Positions 12,472-27,400 of a stretch of 64,000 bases of DNA are shown piece after piece. Origin of the DNA: Convolutriloba macropyga. Lineage: Eukaryota. Positions within the stretch are counted from its first letter, which is position 1. Each line of letters starts with the position of its first letter. Below the pieces are notes generated by a model. It was not told the origin of the DNA and searched no databases. It saw nothing but the letters and a program-made list of their open reading frames with translations. The position numbers and the translations under genes are program-made. The stretch spans positions 73,904,001 through 73,968,000 of the forward strand of contig NC_134468.1 in NCBI RefSeq assembly GCF_964194025.1, read 5' to 3'.

Positions 12472-15400
12472 ATGGGAAAGAAGAAAAGTGGCAAGGCTAA
12501 AAGTGGAAAAGGCAAGAAAGGGAAAAAAGGAGACGATGAACAAATGTCAATAAGGGAGGCGATTTTGGCCTATCAGTATGTTTTCTAATTTTACTTTGAT
12601 TTCAATTTGAATTCAGGCGTTGTTATTGAAAATTTACTGTGTTCAGGATCAACATCAAAGAGCAGTTGTTGGAGGATTTAAATTATGAAGCTGAGAGTCT
12701 GCAAAAGAAAATTGAAAAGGGCCAAGAAAGAGTAAGCGATGTCTTTCCGTTTTAACCAATGTATGGCTGTTCCGCATGTCGTAATGTTGATCTCTCGGTT
12801 TGCAGAATTTGAAACTGAAAGACGAGCAGTTAGGACATCTAACGTCTGTAGTGAGAGAAGTTAGAACTGAAGAAGATGGTGACAAGCGGGATCCTATCTC
12901 AGGAAGAGCGGCTATCGAGGAAGCACTTCATGACTTGTGGCTGACTGATCAGAACGAAACCAAAGACGTTGTTGGTAAGTTTGCGAAAAATACTATTTTC
13001 ACAACTCCTTTTAACAGGCTGAAGAAGACCGATAAAAATTTTTGGACACGGACTGCGCGACTTATGAACAGCCTAAAAAAGCACATACCTGAAATTGAAT
13101 TAACGAAATCAAGACTGACAAAGATGTATCACGAATTCTTCGATAGGAGCTACAATGAGATGGAACCCTGCACCTGGCGAATTCTCCCTCTCTGTGGCTC
13201 CTGTAACCCTGCCAAGAAAATTGTGCCAGCTGAAAACTGAAGAGTGAATTTCACCCCTGGTCTCGTCCTAAAGCCTATCTACTACTACTACAATAATTTT
13301 TAACTGTTGTTTTAGTCGTGGCTGTCATTATATCATTTTTATCTGACCGATTGGACTTTACGATTAAATTTTTTCCCTTGCGAAAATTGAACCGTGAAAT
13401 AGTAATCGTACGCCAGGATTGCAATGCTTTTTGAGGCACAGACTAGCAAAAGTGAAAAATGACGGCAGTGAAAATTGCTAATCTTTTCCCGGATTTCTGC
13501 AATTCCCTGTCAAAAGTTTTTTTGGGTTAAATTTATTCATGGAGAGTTTTTTTTAGTTGTTTTAGTTTATTCAATAATTGTTGTGATAAACGTATTCAAT
13601 AATTGCTTTGATGAACTGTCTAGCATAATTGTTGTGACAAACTTATTAAATAGCATATTCTTTGCTATTTGATAAGTAGTGTTTCAGTTTAGCTTACTGT
13701 CGACGAACCGGAAATATGTTTGGACTGCCCTAGATAAGGGATTTTAGAGTTCTGGTTAATGTGAAGTGCGATCTTTAGGATATTCAATTATCAAATTTAT
13801 CAGTTCGCGTCAAGGGAGAAATCAACGCGATTATCAAAAACAAGAAAATCAAGTCCCGGTTAGGGCACAAAAATAACGAATCATCAGAAGTCCCGGTCAA
13901 GGCAGAAAAATCACGAGTCAACAGAAGTCCCGGTTAGGGCAGAAGTCTACAAATATGGACAACAGTATAACTCTTCGGTCGTGGGCCGAGCAGACAACAT
14001 GTTTTTTTTGCAACGCTAGAACACAAAGTTGATAAGATCAATTGTGCAACCTGTCATAAAGTTGCTCATTTAAAATGTGCGGGACTCGGAATGCCTGTGA
14101 AAGGTCGTATGCTCTGGAACTGTCTAGACTGTGGACCGCATTCTCTGGGTGCACTCACTGCTGTTGTGTTGGAACTGAAACAAACAATACCTTCTTTAGA
14201 AACTGTCCCGGAAGATGTCAGGTCTCTGAATCTAGAGGTCACTACACTTATACCTCAACCTAATTATAGCTCGGTCGTACAGAGATCAACCCAGAATGAA
14301 AATATTTCTTTAAACCCTAACTACAGAACTGAAAACGGAATTTTTTGGTTTTGAACTCGCAGGCTAAAGCAAGTTTCCTTATCCTTCTTTCAGGAGTCGT
14401 TTTAACAGCACGAACAGCTCAAAAAAGACATAAACCGGACTATGAGAATGACGATTATGCAATAAACGCTGAGAATTTTCAGGTGAGAAAGAGAACAACG
14501 CGACCACGAAGGCAAAACTTCGATACGAAGCAGAGCCATGATGATTTTAATGGTATCAAGAAAAAACTATGGGAAGGATTTTTCTTGGGAGATTTAATTC
14601 AAACTGCACGCAAACTATGATTAGAAACTGGTGTAGTGATGGTGGCGCCAATGTACACCACTTGCGAGAAGTTACAAAGCTTCCTCTAGTTTTCTCTGAA
14701 GATGCGCATGAAACAATTATGGAACACAGTTTTTGGCCAAGCAATGTGGTTCATGGCCGTTTCTTTTTGAATGATGATGCTCGGAACTGGTTGAGATGCT
14801 TACACCAGACTCTTCCCATGAAACTTGATTCAAATTTGTAACGTGTGCTCTTTTAAACGCACGTTCACTCAGAGTAAAATTGAGCAATTTGAGGAGGAAA
14901 TTCTAATCAACGAATACGATATTTTCTTAATGAATCTTGATATCCTCGAATGTTGATGAAAATTGGATTATAAAGCAACTCTACTCCAGTTCACACTGTT
15001 TTGATTATTTCAATGTTCCTAGAACGTATGGAAAAGGTGGTGGACTCATTGCAATTTTTAAGAGACACATATTTCACGCTTACTTCACACGGCTGCACTC
15101 CGTTTTTAGAGTACGCATGGTTTCAGTTGGAAACCAAATGAATTTTTTTTATTTGTTTGCTATATTGTCCGCGAATTGCTAACTCTACTGATTTTTAGAA
15201 ATTCCTTTATGACGATGTGTTGCCATCATAAGTGGAAGGAGATGTAATTACTATGAGCGATTTTGATCTTCCCCATAGCACCAGATTTACTAATTTTTTA
15301 GTAGAATCAAGTCCTATAGAACCGACTCATGAGAGTGGAAATATTTTTGACCTAATCATTACAAATAACTGCGAAATAGTCTCATTATTGGCAGTAAAGG

Positions 15401-18400
15401 AACTGAGTTTCCGGGATCCGAAATTAATCAAATCCCTGATGGCATCAAAGGTAACAGCACAACAATCCTCAGTGTGTTCAGAAAATATAGAATTGTGGAC
15501 TGGAAAGAATTTAGCAATGCTTTGGAGTTATCGTTAGCTCTCAATCAGCACATCACAAACACACATGACCTTGCAGAATTGCTCGTTGATACATATGTTG
15601 AAGAAAAATGTGAAAAATACGCGCTGAAAAGCGCAGCACAAAAACAAGAATGTGTCTTTTTTACACAGAGCTCGAATCCCTGAAACGGACGCGTCGCAGA
15701 ACTGAGCGTGTCTACCAGAAAAATCGAACCCTTGAGATGAAATTAGCGCACCAACAAGCTATTTTAATGTATAAAGAGGCTTTTACAGAAGCGCACCAAC
15801 AAGCTATTTTAATGTATAAAGAGGCTTTTACAGAAGAAATCGATGAACTTTGACAAAAATGTTAACAAAAACATCAACCTGCGCGTTAAAGTTGCAAACT
15901 TCAATCGGTTGTCTGGTGTTTCCATTGTGCACAAGGTTCCAAGAAACTGGGGATGAGTTCAAATGAAAGTTGACCGATTTCAGCTTTTTTTTGAGACAAG
16001 GTGCTTGACATCAGAGAGTGAATTCCTACTTCCAGTAATAATGGCCTAAACAGCTTGTTTTTGGTTGATGATTTTCATCAAATCTCAATGTCTCTCGATC
16101 AGTTCAATTTAGTGGATTTGGAAAATGTAATCGAAGCTCTAATTGATACTTTGACACAGAACTACCTAGTAGCTATAAGCCGATTCCAAATACATTTCTC
16201 AAAATTATTAGAACGATTAGCGGCTGTTCAACTTAGTTAAACATTCAATGATATCTTGCTCCAGCTTGACTCAAACAAAACACAACCGATCTTGGGCTTG
16301 GGTCTCTCGGCAGCTTCTGATACAATGAATCATGATATTTTTGGCTGGGCGTTAGAAAATTGTTTTAAAATCAGAGGTAAATTCAAAAGTTTGATCATGT
16401 CTTTTATCAGCAAAGTACAAATTAGAAACTGTCTCTCTGCCGATGAAATTTTTGATTTTGATGTACCAAAATGTTCGATCCTTGGACCTCTGCTTTTTAC
16501 TCTGTACATAACTCCCATTAGTGATCCAATGAAGCAAATTCGGTTGAGTTATCAGGAATATGCAGATGATACATTAATTCTTTCGAGTCTGAGGCAACAA
16601 ACTTTGGATGATGATATAAGGGATCTAAGCACGAAATTGAGTCTTTTGTTTCAGGCTTTTAGTCAGATAAAGTTTAGAATAAATCCTGATAAGACTGAAA
16701 TCATTTTAATCTCATCAAGAAATCAAAAATTGAACTTATCTAAGCTTGAATTAGAAGGGGGAAACTCTGAAGTTTAAGCTCAATATTAAATCACTCGGTA
16801 TAACGATTGAAAAACATCTTTCTTTCAGACGGCACAGAAACTCAGTGACTTCTTCGTGCTATAATGAGTTTCGCAAACTCTGCAAGATCAGACATCATCT
16901 TACGATTGAAACGAGAATTAATGTCCAGAACCTAATATCTCGCCTTGATTACTGCAACTCAGTCTTATCTGGAGTACCCAAAACAGAGATTTTGAAATTC
17001 TAATGGTTATAGAATGCAGGATGCCGGTGTATCTTTCACTGATAAAGTCCGAATCATGCAAAGATTTCATTCATCATCTACATTGGCTTCCTAATGATGA
17101 ACGGATTGATTTTAAAGTACTGACTTTTCTATAAAATTTTTCATGTGTCATTTGCCGGATTATTTGAGTCATCTTGTGGAAGTTCGACCTAACATGTGCA
17201 GGAAGTGATCAGTAAATGCTTTCAAGGCTGTCGTAGTTCAGTCAGAAATTTCATATGGAGATAGAGCTTTTTGCATTCGTGGTCCCAAATTATGGAAGAA
17301 ACTGACTCAAATGCTCAGAAAAATAAGCAACCATTAACTATTCAGTAAGTGACTCAAGACGCTATTCTTTTCAATGTGTTACGGCTAGCCTGTTTTCAGA
17401 AAATAACATGCATTGCAAAGTTAGAAGAATGTTGAGAATTGATACTATCAAAGGAAACCTCAGTTTGAGGGGTTGTCTAGTTTATCTCAAATCGAAGCCG
17501 TATCGAGAAGTTATTGTTGACAATGAGCAACAATTTCAGAAGCGTACCTGCATTTTGGGATCATCTGTTATGTTTGGTGTTTTTGTTCAAAATATTGTTA
17601 CAATTTCATATCCAGGTGGTAGTATATCTACTATGTGCTCAGAAAGCGTCTTTAAAGAGACTTTTGACAGAAATGTACGCCAAGTTATTGTGATGGCAGA
17701 AACGAATAAACTATTTGACAAGAAAATGATCCATTTATGGGCCCCGTAGAGACATCAGATGAAATGTTCTATCTTATTCAGAAGTTGAAGTTTTAACGTT
17801 TTCATATTTCTTTTCTTGAGCTAGTTAGTCGATGAGGGAACGCGCAAACATGCTAAAGCGAACTGCTGTTACAGAGATGTTGCTCGAGAACTGAATGGCC
17901 CCTTTGTATCATTGATGAAATGTGGGGCTGCGAAACACTTCAGCAAAGATGAAATCCATCCAGATCCGCGAGATATTCGAGAATTTGCCTCTGATTTTAG
18001 ACGTGCTGTAAAGCACACTGAACTCTATTGCACAGCCACAGGGTTTCAAGGCAAAAGATGAACAATCCTTGTTGCTCAGCAATCCCCGCCTTTGTGTACA
18101 GAAAGGGTGGATAAAGAAAGACCAGCACTGCTACTACTATTCTTTTTTTGGAAATTTGAAAAACTTATTTATTTCGATTACCCGACTGCCTTGAATTTTT
18201 GCTATCGTGCTCACGTATCGGCAATAATGGTTTCGCTCCACTTTGTTTCGCGGGCCTTGCAGGAAAGATGTTTTATTCTCGAATTAACTAATCGTAGAAT
18301 CGAAAAGCTGATATGAGCCAGGCTAAAAGATGATCTGGCGCTGAAAGCTTGAGGCAGGCCCTTTTGAGCAAATTAATTTTCCGTTATTTGGTAAAAACGC

Positions 18401-21400
18401 TCGTGAAACAGCACGTGCTATCTAAAACTTGCTGTTTGCGCCTCGAATCTGCTAAGTTTCCGTCCCTCTTAATTCTCCGGCACTAACTAGATTTGCGTTC
18501 ATTTTCGAAATCAAGAAGTTATTAGAAGAACTAAGATCGCCTCAGAAAATGTGATAGTTAAAAGTACATCACTACGTAGATTGCGTCCGCAGTGATTTGT
18601 GTAGACACCGCTTATATAACCCCCGAAAATCAGATAAAGGGGTATAAAGTTAAGCGTCTAATTTTCAAACCATGGGATGAAAAATGAAATGTTACTCTTT
18701 GCTTTTTTTTAAATAAGATGAAACACGAATCTTAGACTGCCTCGAGACTTTTTTGCACTCAGACGCAAGTGCCAGAGCACAAAGGTTCCCGGCGCGCTAA
18801 AATTTATGTTATAACATAAATAGAGGTTAGAAAGCCTTGAACTTTCTTCAAAATTATTGTGATATAACTTGTTTAAACCGTGTGAACAGGTTGCGGACTT
18901 AACAAACACCAAGAAATTGTAAGAGTAGTTGTTGAACAGGCCTGTTTGAGTTGGTTTGATAGATTTTTCTAAAGTTGTCTGAAGTGAATCGTCTTTCAAA
19001 GCCATTGAATGCCTTGGACCTATTGTCGCCTCTTTTGATCTGCTCTGTATATTTTTGATCCTTGTATATGAGGGTTACTTATTGGGCAGTATTTTTTGCG
19101 AAATTAAAAGTTATGAATTGTTGGTTTAATATCGTCTAAGTTGACTTTATTTTGTTTAGGAATAAAGAAGCATATAACAGACTTGGAAGGGGAGATTGGG
19201 GAAGAAATGGTTGTATTTGACAAATGGAATGACTACAAAGAGTATGGGCAGTATGAGGATGAGCACCGCGTTTCTATTTTGGAAGATGAGCTAAGAGACA
19301 ATCAAGCCACATTCGACGAGCAATCTAGTAATTATAAACTTTGTGAATGTTATCTTAGCCTTGCCTGCACTATTTTTTTCTCGTATGAATCACACAAAAA
19401 ATCGTGTATTGCCAAACGGTTGTTTATGGCTGTAAGCTGAACGGAGCTATATTGCGGTGCTCTTGGTTTTTACAATTCAAAGAATTTGAATTGTATTGGG
19501 GCGCTGTCTTTTTTTAAGATCTGTTCACATATTTTCATGATTTTTGAAGTCAAATTGGTGTAGTGACTTTGGTCACGCCGAAGCAGGAAGTGGATCGAAA
19601 AAGCGAGTGGTTTTGTGGCGTGAAATTTTCGCGCTTTAGTTTTAAGGTAGAGTGAGAAAACGGTGTTTGAACAAAAATTCGATTTCTCGCTATAGTGGCT
19701 TTTTTGGTCACATTCGGCAATTTCACTTAGATTTTTACTGTTTTTTCGATTTTTTGCATAGGATTTTTTTCTAAATGGTTTTCCCAATCCATTCATTGTT
19801 CATTCTAGGCCTAGTTTTTTTTTGTTTGAGCCAAATTTCCTTTTCTCGCTGGTGGTTTTTTGTTCACATGCGGCATTTCGAGATTGATTTTCTGTTTTTT
19901 TTTAAATTTTTTATCTAATTATTTTTAGAAATGGTTTTTGCAATTCACTCATAGTCCGATCTAGGTCTAGTTTTTTTAGTCAATGAAAGTTCTTTGATTG
20001 TACGTCAGGACTTGTCCTGCTATGTTTTTTTGTTTCGTCGTCTGACGCTCGTTTTCGTTTCACATTTGTTCACCCAGCAAAGCTGAAAAAGTGAAATTTT
20101 CTGAATGACTTCTTCCTCTCTTTAACAGCGTATGACCAGACATTAAGGCATTAGATTAGGCCTGATTAGATTTTGATCATACGTGACTTACCTCACTCAA
20201 TAAAATGACTGCGCTTTTAAACTTAAGTTTCATTTGAATTTGTTTAGGGTCAAAGGAACTCATATGTGCAGTAAAGGTTCCTAATAAGAGGCTTCTGTGG
20301 AATGAGTTTCAACAAGCATTGTTAATTTATCGCTGAATGTTTTTGACCACGGCACGCAAGTCTATTCTTTTGCAGCTATTCTGACAATCTGCCGGCTATG
20401 GTTATTTTTTATTTGGGGGGGGACACTCAAGAAAATGCCCATTTACACGATGTATCATGTACTCTTACACGATTCTCGGCCTTAATGTCATTTTTTTCTC
20501 CTGATTCACTCAAAAAATTGTGTGAAAAAACTCACTCAAAAATTGTGCAATAAATTCGATTTTGCGCGTAAAAAACAGATTGGGAGGAAGAGAAGACTTA
20601 CAGAGATGGGAATTTTGACGAAGCAGTTTTGGCCTATAACTCTTGAGAGCGCTACAAATACTTTGAAAACCTCCGTAAAAATTATAAACACTTCAACTGA
20701 CTCCATTTTTTGGGTGCTTATCGGCAATGGTATTAATTTGCAGATAGAGAAACTTGTGTGTATTCTTATATTACAAGAATTGTTTTTGAAATGACTAAAA
20801 CAACGAAAATTACGAACGAAAAACTTAAAAGAGTAACGAAGGTCATGTGTTCGATTTCCTTTTATTCTCCACAGAAAATTTCAGCAAAAAACTTTTATTT
20901 TGCTTAATAGTAACGGTAACTCTTAATAATAGTATCATCTGTTCCTTAATACTAACGGAAAACTTAACAAGTATGGTCTAGGGTGATGTTACCTGGGTTT
21001 CAAGACTTAAACCAGACTCAAAGCTCTGGAATTATCAATTTCGCATTCATTTTCTGACTTTCCAAGAGAACAACAAAAAGCAGCTTTTGGACAAATATTC
21101 CAATAAAAATTGCTATTTTTACTCATGCGCTCATTCACATCAACTGTGAAATCACACGAAACCAATTTTTCACACGAAAAATCGTGTGATTTTTCATCAC
21201 ACGATAAAAAATATTTTGTGTACGTATACGAGTAGATGCTACCTATCTAATTTATGTGTGAAATGTTTTAGCTGAACTTTGCGAATTCTTGTTTATCATT
21301 AACCCCTCTGCAGATAAAGTGTCACACGGCGTAATTTAATCGTCTAAGAAGTCATGCAATGCAATTCTCAAATGATCGAATTGTTGGCGCATTGTGGATG

Positions 21401-24400
21401 TCAGCAAAAACAGGGAAGTTAATACCAATTATTAGGGTAGATTTTTAAAATCCTTCATATGTTATATCTGTTCTCTTGATCAGAGATGGTCACGTTCCGA
21501 AAACAGCATCATGGAGCATTTGTTTTAGAATTCCACCAGGAAGATTTGGCCAAATGTAAGCGTGAAGTGGGTAGCTTAACTGACAAAACAGTGGAGACTG
21601 TGAAGGACGGAGCAGCTGAAAAGGCCATGGCTAAGATGGATAAGAAGGAGAGGAGAGAAATAACTGACCACACTTGGCTCAAACAGGAGGCTATTAGGTA
21701 CAAATCAGATTCCATCACATATTGTACAATGAGTTTAGTGTGAGAATTGATAGTATTTTATGAGTATTTCAAATTAGCGATGACTTTTATATCCAGCAAA
21801 AGTCAAATTTCAATCCAAAATTCAATCCAGAACCGAGTGTGATCCTTGCTCAGAAAATTTGAGAAAAATCAATTCGTTTCAAAGAAAGGGGATTCTTGAA
21901 GCAATAGTAACTCTTTTGGTCAGAATCCGACAGCAGTGACTGGGGAAGTAATAATAAATGGGCACAAGCAGTGTTCATAGATCTAAAGAAAGCTTTAGAC
22001 ACTTATGTACTGTGTACTACTAGATGAATAGGAACTTGCAGGATGTGAGGTCGCATGCCACAATTTTTATAATTTTTTTTACTGATCGGCAACACTTCGT
22101 AAAATCGGCCGATCTACACCAGTGTTATAAAAGTGGAATACGTTATACCACAAGGGTCAGCGCGGGCGCAGTTCTTTTTTATCGACATATCTGATATCAC
22201 GGCCTTTTGTGTAGACACCCCTGAACTTTGTGCGCCCATGACACCGTCCGAAACAAAAAGTAGAAAGTAGGTACAATTATTGACAGCTTGAATATTTTTC
22301 AATCAATCTGAAACTATTTTGTTGAACAAACTGACATAATTACGAGTGAAGACATTTCTTAGAATTGAAGTTTCATGGACAGATCTCGCAACAACAACAG
22401 CTATCATTAAAAACAAGACTATGACTCAAAATAAAGCTCTAACGTATCTTGGCGTTCAAATTGATAAATATTGTCAATTTTAACAACCATATAATGTTCC
22501 TATGCGAGATAATGTAATGTTTTGCTGTCCGTTCTGTTTCTGCAACTAATCATTAACTATAGCATCCTAGTATATGGTACCAGCAGCAGAAGTACATTCA
22601 AACTTCTATGAGTCAAAACTAAAGCAAAACGGATAGTTTTCAGTAGAAGGAAATGTCGTCGACCGCAGTACCAAGAGAAGAACAAAAGATGTTCTCTGTC
22701 AAAGCGCCAAGTTTTTAAATCAAAAATCTGTGATTTAACTAGGAATTCTTATGGAGTCAGTTTTTTTATTGTCTAATTTCAGAAAAAGGATAAAACTTGC
22801 AGAATCGCGACGCCTAAATGTAACCAAGGAAGTCAGCTGTTTTAGACCTTAGGGAATGGGCGTTATAATTTGGAAGCTGAACTTCATAGTGAAAATCTAC
22901 CATGATTTTATTTTTAAAAAATGGAAAGGATTAGTAGAAACGAGGTAAATGTTCCAGAATAATTCCAGAGATAGTTGTTTTTGCACTACTGAAGTCTTTA
23001 CTTTAATGTACTGATCCACACTGATTTTCTCACCTTTTCTCATGCCTCATTTTCCCGTAAGTCTTAGTAGTGCTACTTGGCATCACTCGACTAGGACTGT
23101 AAGAAACTTTGATGATCTAGCAAGTTAGACGTGTTTCTGTTGTAGCTTCGCTGACACAGTAATGCTTCTAAATTACTTGAAAATAGTTTGTTTTATGAAA
23201 TGAACTGAGCAGTATGAGCTCCAACATAGCATACTTTATTCATTGTTTCAGGTATCGCGCTGAGGTGGAAAGGCTGGAGGAAGAAGTAAGAAGTCTGGAA
23301 CAGCATAACCTCCATCTTATGTCCAAATTATTTGATTGTAGAATGGAAGATCTCAACATCTCCAGGTAATGAGATATAGATTTTCTAATATCTGCACTCA
23401 TAGGCTGTAATTCTCCCAAGTCAAGCAATATAGATTTTTTTCTGGGTAAAATCGACCATTGCTCTGCTCTTAATTGGCGGAAACGATATCGTGAAGGCAT
23501 GATTGGAGAAACTAGTCGGCTTAAAGATCCTATTTTTAATTTTTGTAGCAATTTGGAGAGGCGACGGATGCACAAATTCAGTTCTGTGGAAAAAATGTAT
23601 GAACGGTATATTCTAGATGTATAAACTCATTAAAATGAGATCTCAATTAACTTCAATTTCTCAGTTGCTTCAATTTCTGCTCACTCTTCTATCACTTATT
23701 TCTGTTTCAAAAGTTTTGTTCATGCAAACATTCCTATCCGCGACTCCCCAATTTTGGAAATTAACATGTTGAGATTCTCATTATTAAGACAGAACTAATA
23801 AATTGAGTCAGAATTGGTTATTTTGAAATGGTCATGTCAACAATTTAATAAAAAATAAAATGAGTAAAAAATTGCTCAATCATCCATTGAGATCCACTTT
23901 CACTGCGCATAGATTGTTACCGGTTCGAATGATGCTTGTTATCGGTAGTAATTAACTATTCTTTACTCGATAGGGTTAAATTGGGTGCACCGCGACGCTT
24001 GCAGGTGGTGGATAGAGACGAAAGAGGGAAGCTTTTGAAGCTACCCTACTCTATCTACGACCAATGGCGAAATCTTCCAAATTCTGCGGCTACTGCTTCT
24101 GACCAACCTAGCTGTAGCAGCAGCGATCCGTATGTCTGAATGTAGTGTCTGTTTTTGGGGAATAGGACAGTAAATCAGAATATAGAAACTAGATCAATTA
24201 TGTTTATAAACAGAAGAATTGGTTTAGCATGTTCGGTGGTGATAATAATAGTGATTATCATTTTCTCGAATTTTACCTCTTTGATTCATTGTCCTGTGAA
24301 CCTAATCTGGCGTCCCCTGATTGTACTGTGGATTGAAATATTCATGCACTCTGTTGTCACGAGCTTCTAAACAAGTGTACGAGTGCCATTTCTCTGTGCG

Positions 24401-27400
24401 GTTTTCTCTTTAGTATTTTTGTGTTTGTACTCTTTATTTGTTGCAATTCTTTTCTCTCCGTCATATCTTGAGTTTCTGTTTTGTCATTTTTCGTGCATGT
24501 TAACTGATGCCAGCTATATTTCAGGAAATTTTTCTTGACCCAATTTGATGAAGAAACGGTGTTCGCGCAAGGAATGGATGAAGCGGCTGGTATCATCGAG
24601 CGGGATCTGATAACGAACCACCCCCTTCTCAGACCAAGCCCATTTGCTCCTCAATTAGCGAACAACAAATACCCAACTGAATCCCAAATTTTGATTGAAT
24701 CGGAGACGTCTTACTCATCGCTGACAACAGTAGGCAAAGTACCGGGTACTCAAGGTCAACCGGCTTTAAACGTTGGAATGAAGGGAGACGCTTCGATATT
24801 TGAAGATGACAAGACATCCGGGTACTCTTCAATGGCACCTCAGTCCGTGTTGTCAGAGACCGTTGGGTCAATTGCTGGAGGAGGTCGTGTGGTTAATCCA
24901 CCAAAAGACAACATAGGGGGCTTACGACCGAAGAGTGCGACTTTGAAAGCGATAGAAGAGAAGGTGTTCGGAGTTGAGGAAGAAGATGAAGACTTGTATA
25001 TTCAAGATGATGATGAGGGAATTGACCTTGATGATACAAGTTAGTCTTACAAGATCTAAATGTATGGGTTATATTTCTGATTGAAGATATTCTAAATTGA
25101 TATCAATTGAGATGGAACTATTTTATCTCGGAATGTTTTGTTAAGTAGGAAGTTCTCACTGACTATTATCATTGTCCTAAACAATTTTCTGGAATTGATA
25201 TAAATAAGCAGTGTTTTTCGTCAACTCACTTCTCCGTTTCTTTGGCCGAACCGGCTGGATCTTATACAATAATTTTTTTCAGGGAATGGGATCGACGAAG
25301 AACTGGGCCTACAGGCGGGGGAGGGACTCGCCAATAATCTAGTCGATAACTATTTCAACCTCGAAGATGACGCCAATGATGTTAGTTTATACAGTTCATT
25401 CGGGAAAGCTTTTGATGCGAGTTTGCTGATGTTCTCATACTTAATTACATAACACAATCGTTAATAAAAAAACGCTAAAATAGCAAATTTATGTGGTTAA
25501 CTAACTGTTTATCAGGATTATTTTCAATAACACTCTGGTTTTAACGTTCGTTAACTTTTTATGCTTCGACTGAAAACGACCGAATTTTGGTTGCTTTAAA
25601 TTTTAGAAAAAAAATGAAAAGTGCTGCCGGAGGGTGGCCGGACAATAGATCGGAAACAATAAAACAAACAGTAGATCGAAAGGTAAAATTGATCCTCATT
25701 AATTACTCTCAAACGAAGTTTGTAGCAATTATATTAGTCTTGTTTGTCATTTTATAGCTGCGAGACTGTAAGCTGAGCGAAGCTATATTGCGGTGCTCTT
25801 GGTTTTTTTTTTACAATTCAAAGAATTTGAATTGTATTGGGGCGCTGTCTTTTTTTTAAGATCTGTTCACACATTTTAATAATTTTTGAAGTCAAATTGG
25901 AGTAGTGATTTCGGTCACGCCGAAACAGGAAATGGAGCGAAAAAGCGAGTGGTTTTGCGGCGTGAAATTTTTTCGCTCTAAATTTAAAGTATATTGAGAA
26001 AAAGGTGTTTGAACAAAAATTCGATTTCTCGCTTGTGGTTTTTTTGGTCACATGCGGCAATTTCACTTCGATTTTTACTGTTTTTTTCGATTTTTTGAAT
26101 AGGATTTGTTCTAAATGGTTTTCGCAATCCATTCATAGTTCATTCTAGGCCTAGCTTTTTTGTTTGAACCAAATTTCTATTTATCGCTGGTGGTTTTTTG
26201 CTCACATGCGGCATTTGGAGTTTGATTTTCTGTTTTTTAATATTTTTGATCTGATTTTTTAGGAAATGGTTTTCATAGTCCGTTCTAGGTCTATTTTTTT
26301 TGTTTAGTCAGTGAAAATTGTTTGAATTGTACGTCAGAACTTCTCCTGATATGTTTTTTGTTTCGTCGTCTGACGCTCGTTTTCGTTTTACATTTCTTGC
26401 ACAGCAAAGCTGAAGAAGTCAAATTTTTTTGAATGACTTCCCCTCACGAACGGCTTTTGCGCGTGTGACATCATTTCTCTCTCTCTCTCTCTCTGATTTT
26501 GGTCATACGTGACTTTCTTCACTCAATAAAATGACTTTTGCACTTTAAAACTTAAGTTTAATTTGAATTTGTTTAAGGTCACAGGAACCCTTTTTGTGCA
26601 GTAGAGGTCCATAATAAGAGGCTTCTGCGGAATGAATTTTAACAAACTTTTTTTTATCGCTGAATGTTTTTTACCTAGTTTTTGAGCGGCGTCGATTCTT
26701 TTGAGGTCTATTCTTTCCCAGCTATTCCGGCAATCTGCCGGCTATGTTTTTGCAATTTTTCGCTTGACCGATTTTTTGTCTGACGCATTTGACTTTTCGT
26801 CCTCAAAAACGGCATAAACAGGTAGCGCCCAGCGGGCATTAAGTGCTCTTAGAGCCTTTCAGTTCTGTTTCTACTGTTTTGGAGACTTATGCTTTTGGTG
26901 TGAAGGGAGGTTCTTAGAGGTTGAAGACACTCCACCCCTGTTGCCGACCCCACTCCCGCCCCATCCGCCCCCTGTGCACCCCCCCTGTGCACCCCCCCCC
27001 CCCCCCGTGGCTACTGACGAACAACCGATCGCTAAAAACACGCGATTTTATAGTAATTTTCACAATTTACAAGCTTTTTGAAAATTTTTGTCGTTTCATT
27101 TTTTTTCAGCCCAAGGTGTCAAGGAACCTACTCTCGGTTTTGATAATAGGTTGCTGTGTAGTTTCCAGTTAAAATGGGAAGTTTTTGAAGATTTTAAAAT
27201 CACGAGTTTTAGCATTTTTTTACAAAGATTTTTTTTATTTTTTGACATTTGCTGTCATTATTCATGTTTTTTTCAGCCTCAGGGGTCAGAAAACCTTCTT
27301 TAGGGTTTGATATGGAACTGAAAAATCTTTTTGGCCATGGAATGATTTCAGTTTTTTAATAACACAAATTTTAGCAGTTTTTTGATGAAGCTTGCTATTT

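Noticed and set aside
12975-13240. ORF-track continuation of CCDC83 exon 3
   Set aside because: It reads through a consensus donor (g|gtaagt) into a LINE 3' fragment that happens to be in frame.
13845-13940. Short spaced direct repeats resembling a CRISPR array
   Set aside because: Eukaryotic context, only three units with similar spacers, and located in a LINE 5' region.
19470-19796. Recurrent minus-strand ORF (…KSNFCSNT…FHATKPLAFS…), also at 25818, 53399 and 54953
   Set aside because: It lies inside HINE cores, lengths and frames vary between copies, and there is no recognisable domain.
19366-21225. Possible old TIR element with acacga-rich ends
   Set aside because: The end similarity is too degenerate to define TIRs or a TSD.
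21486-21528. Upstream extension of CCDC83 exon 5 from the acceptor at 21483
   Set aside because: It is in frame, but the 21528 acceptor has a better pyrimidine tract and gives a gap-free match to CCDC83 as recalled.
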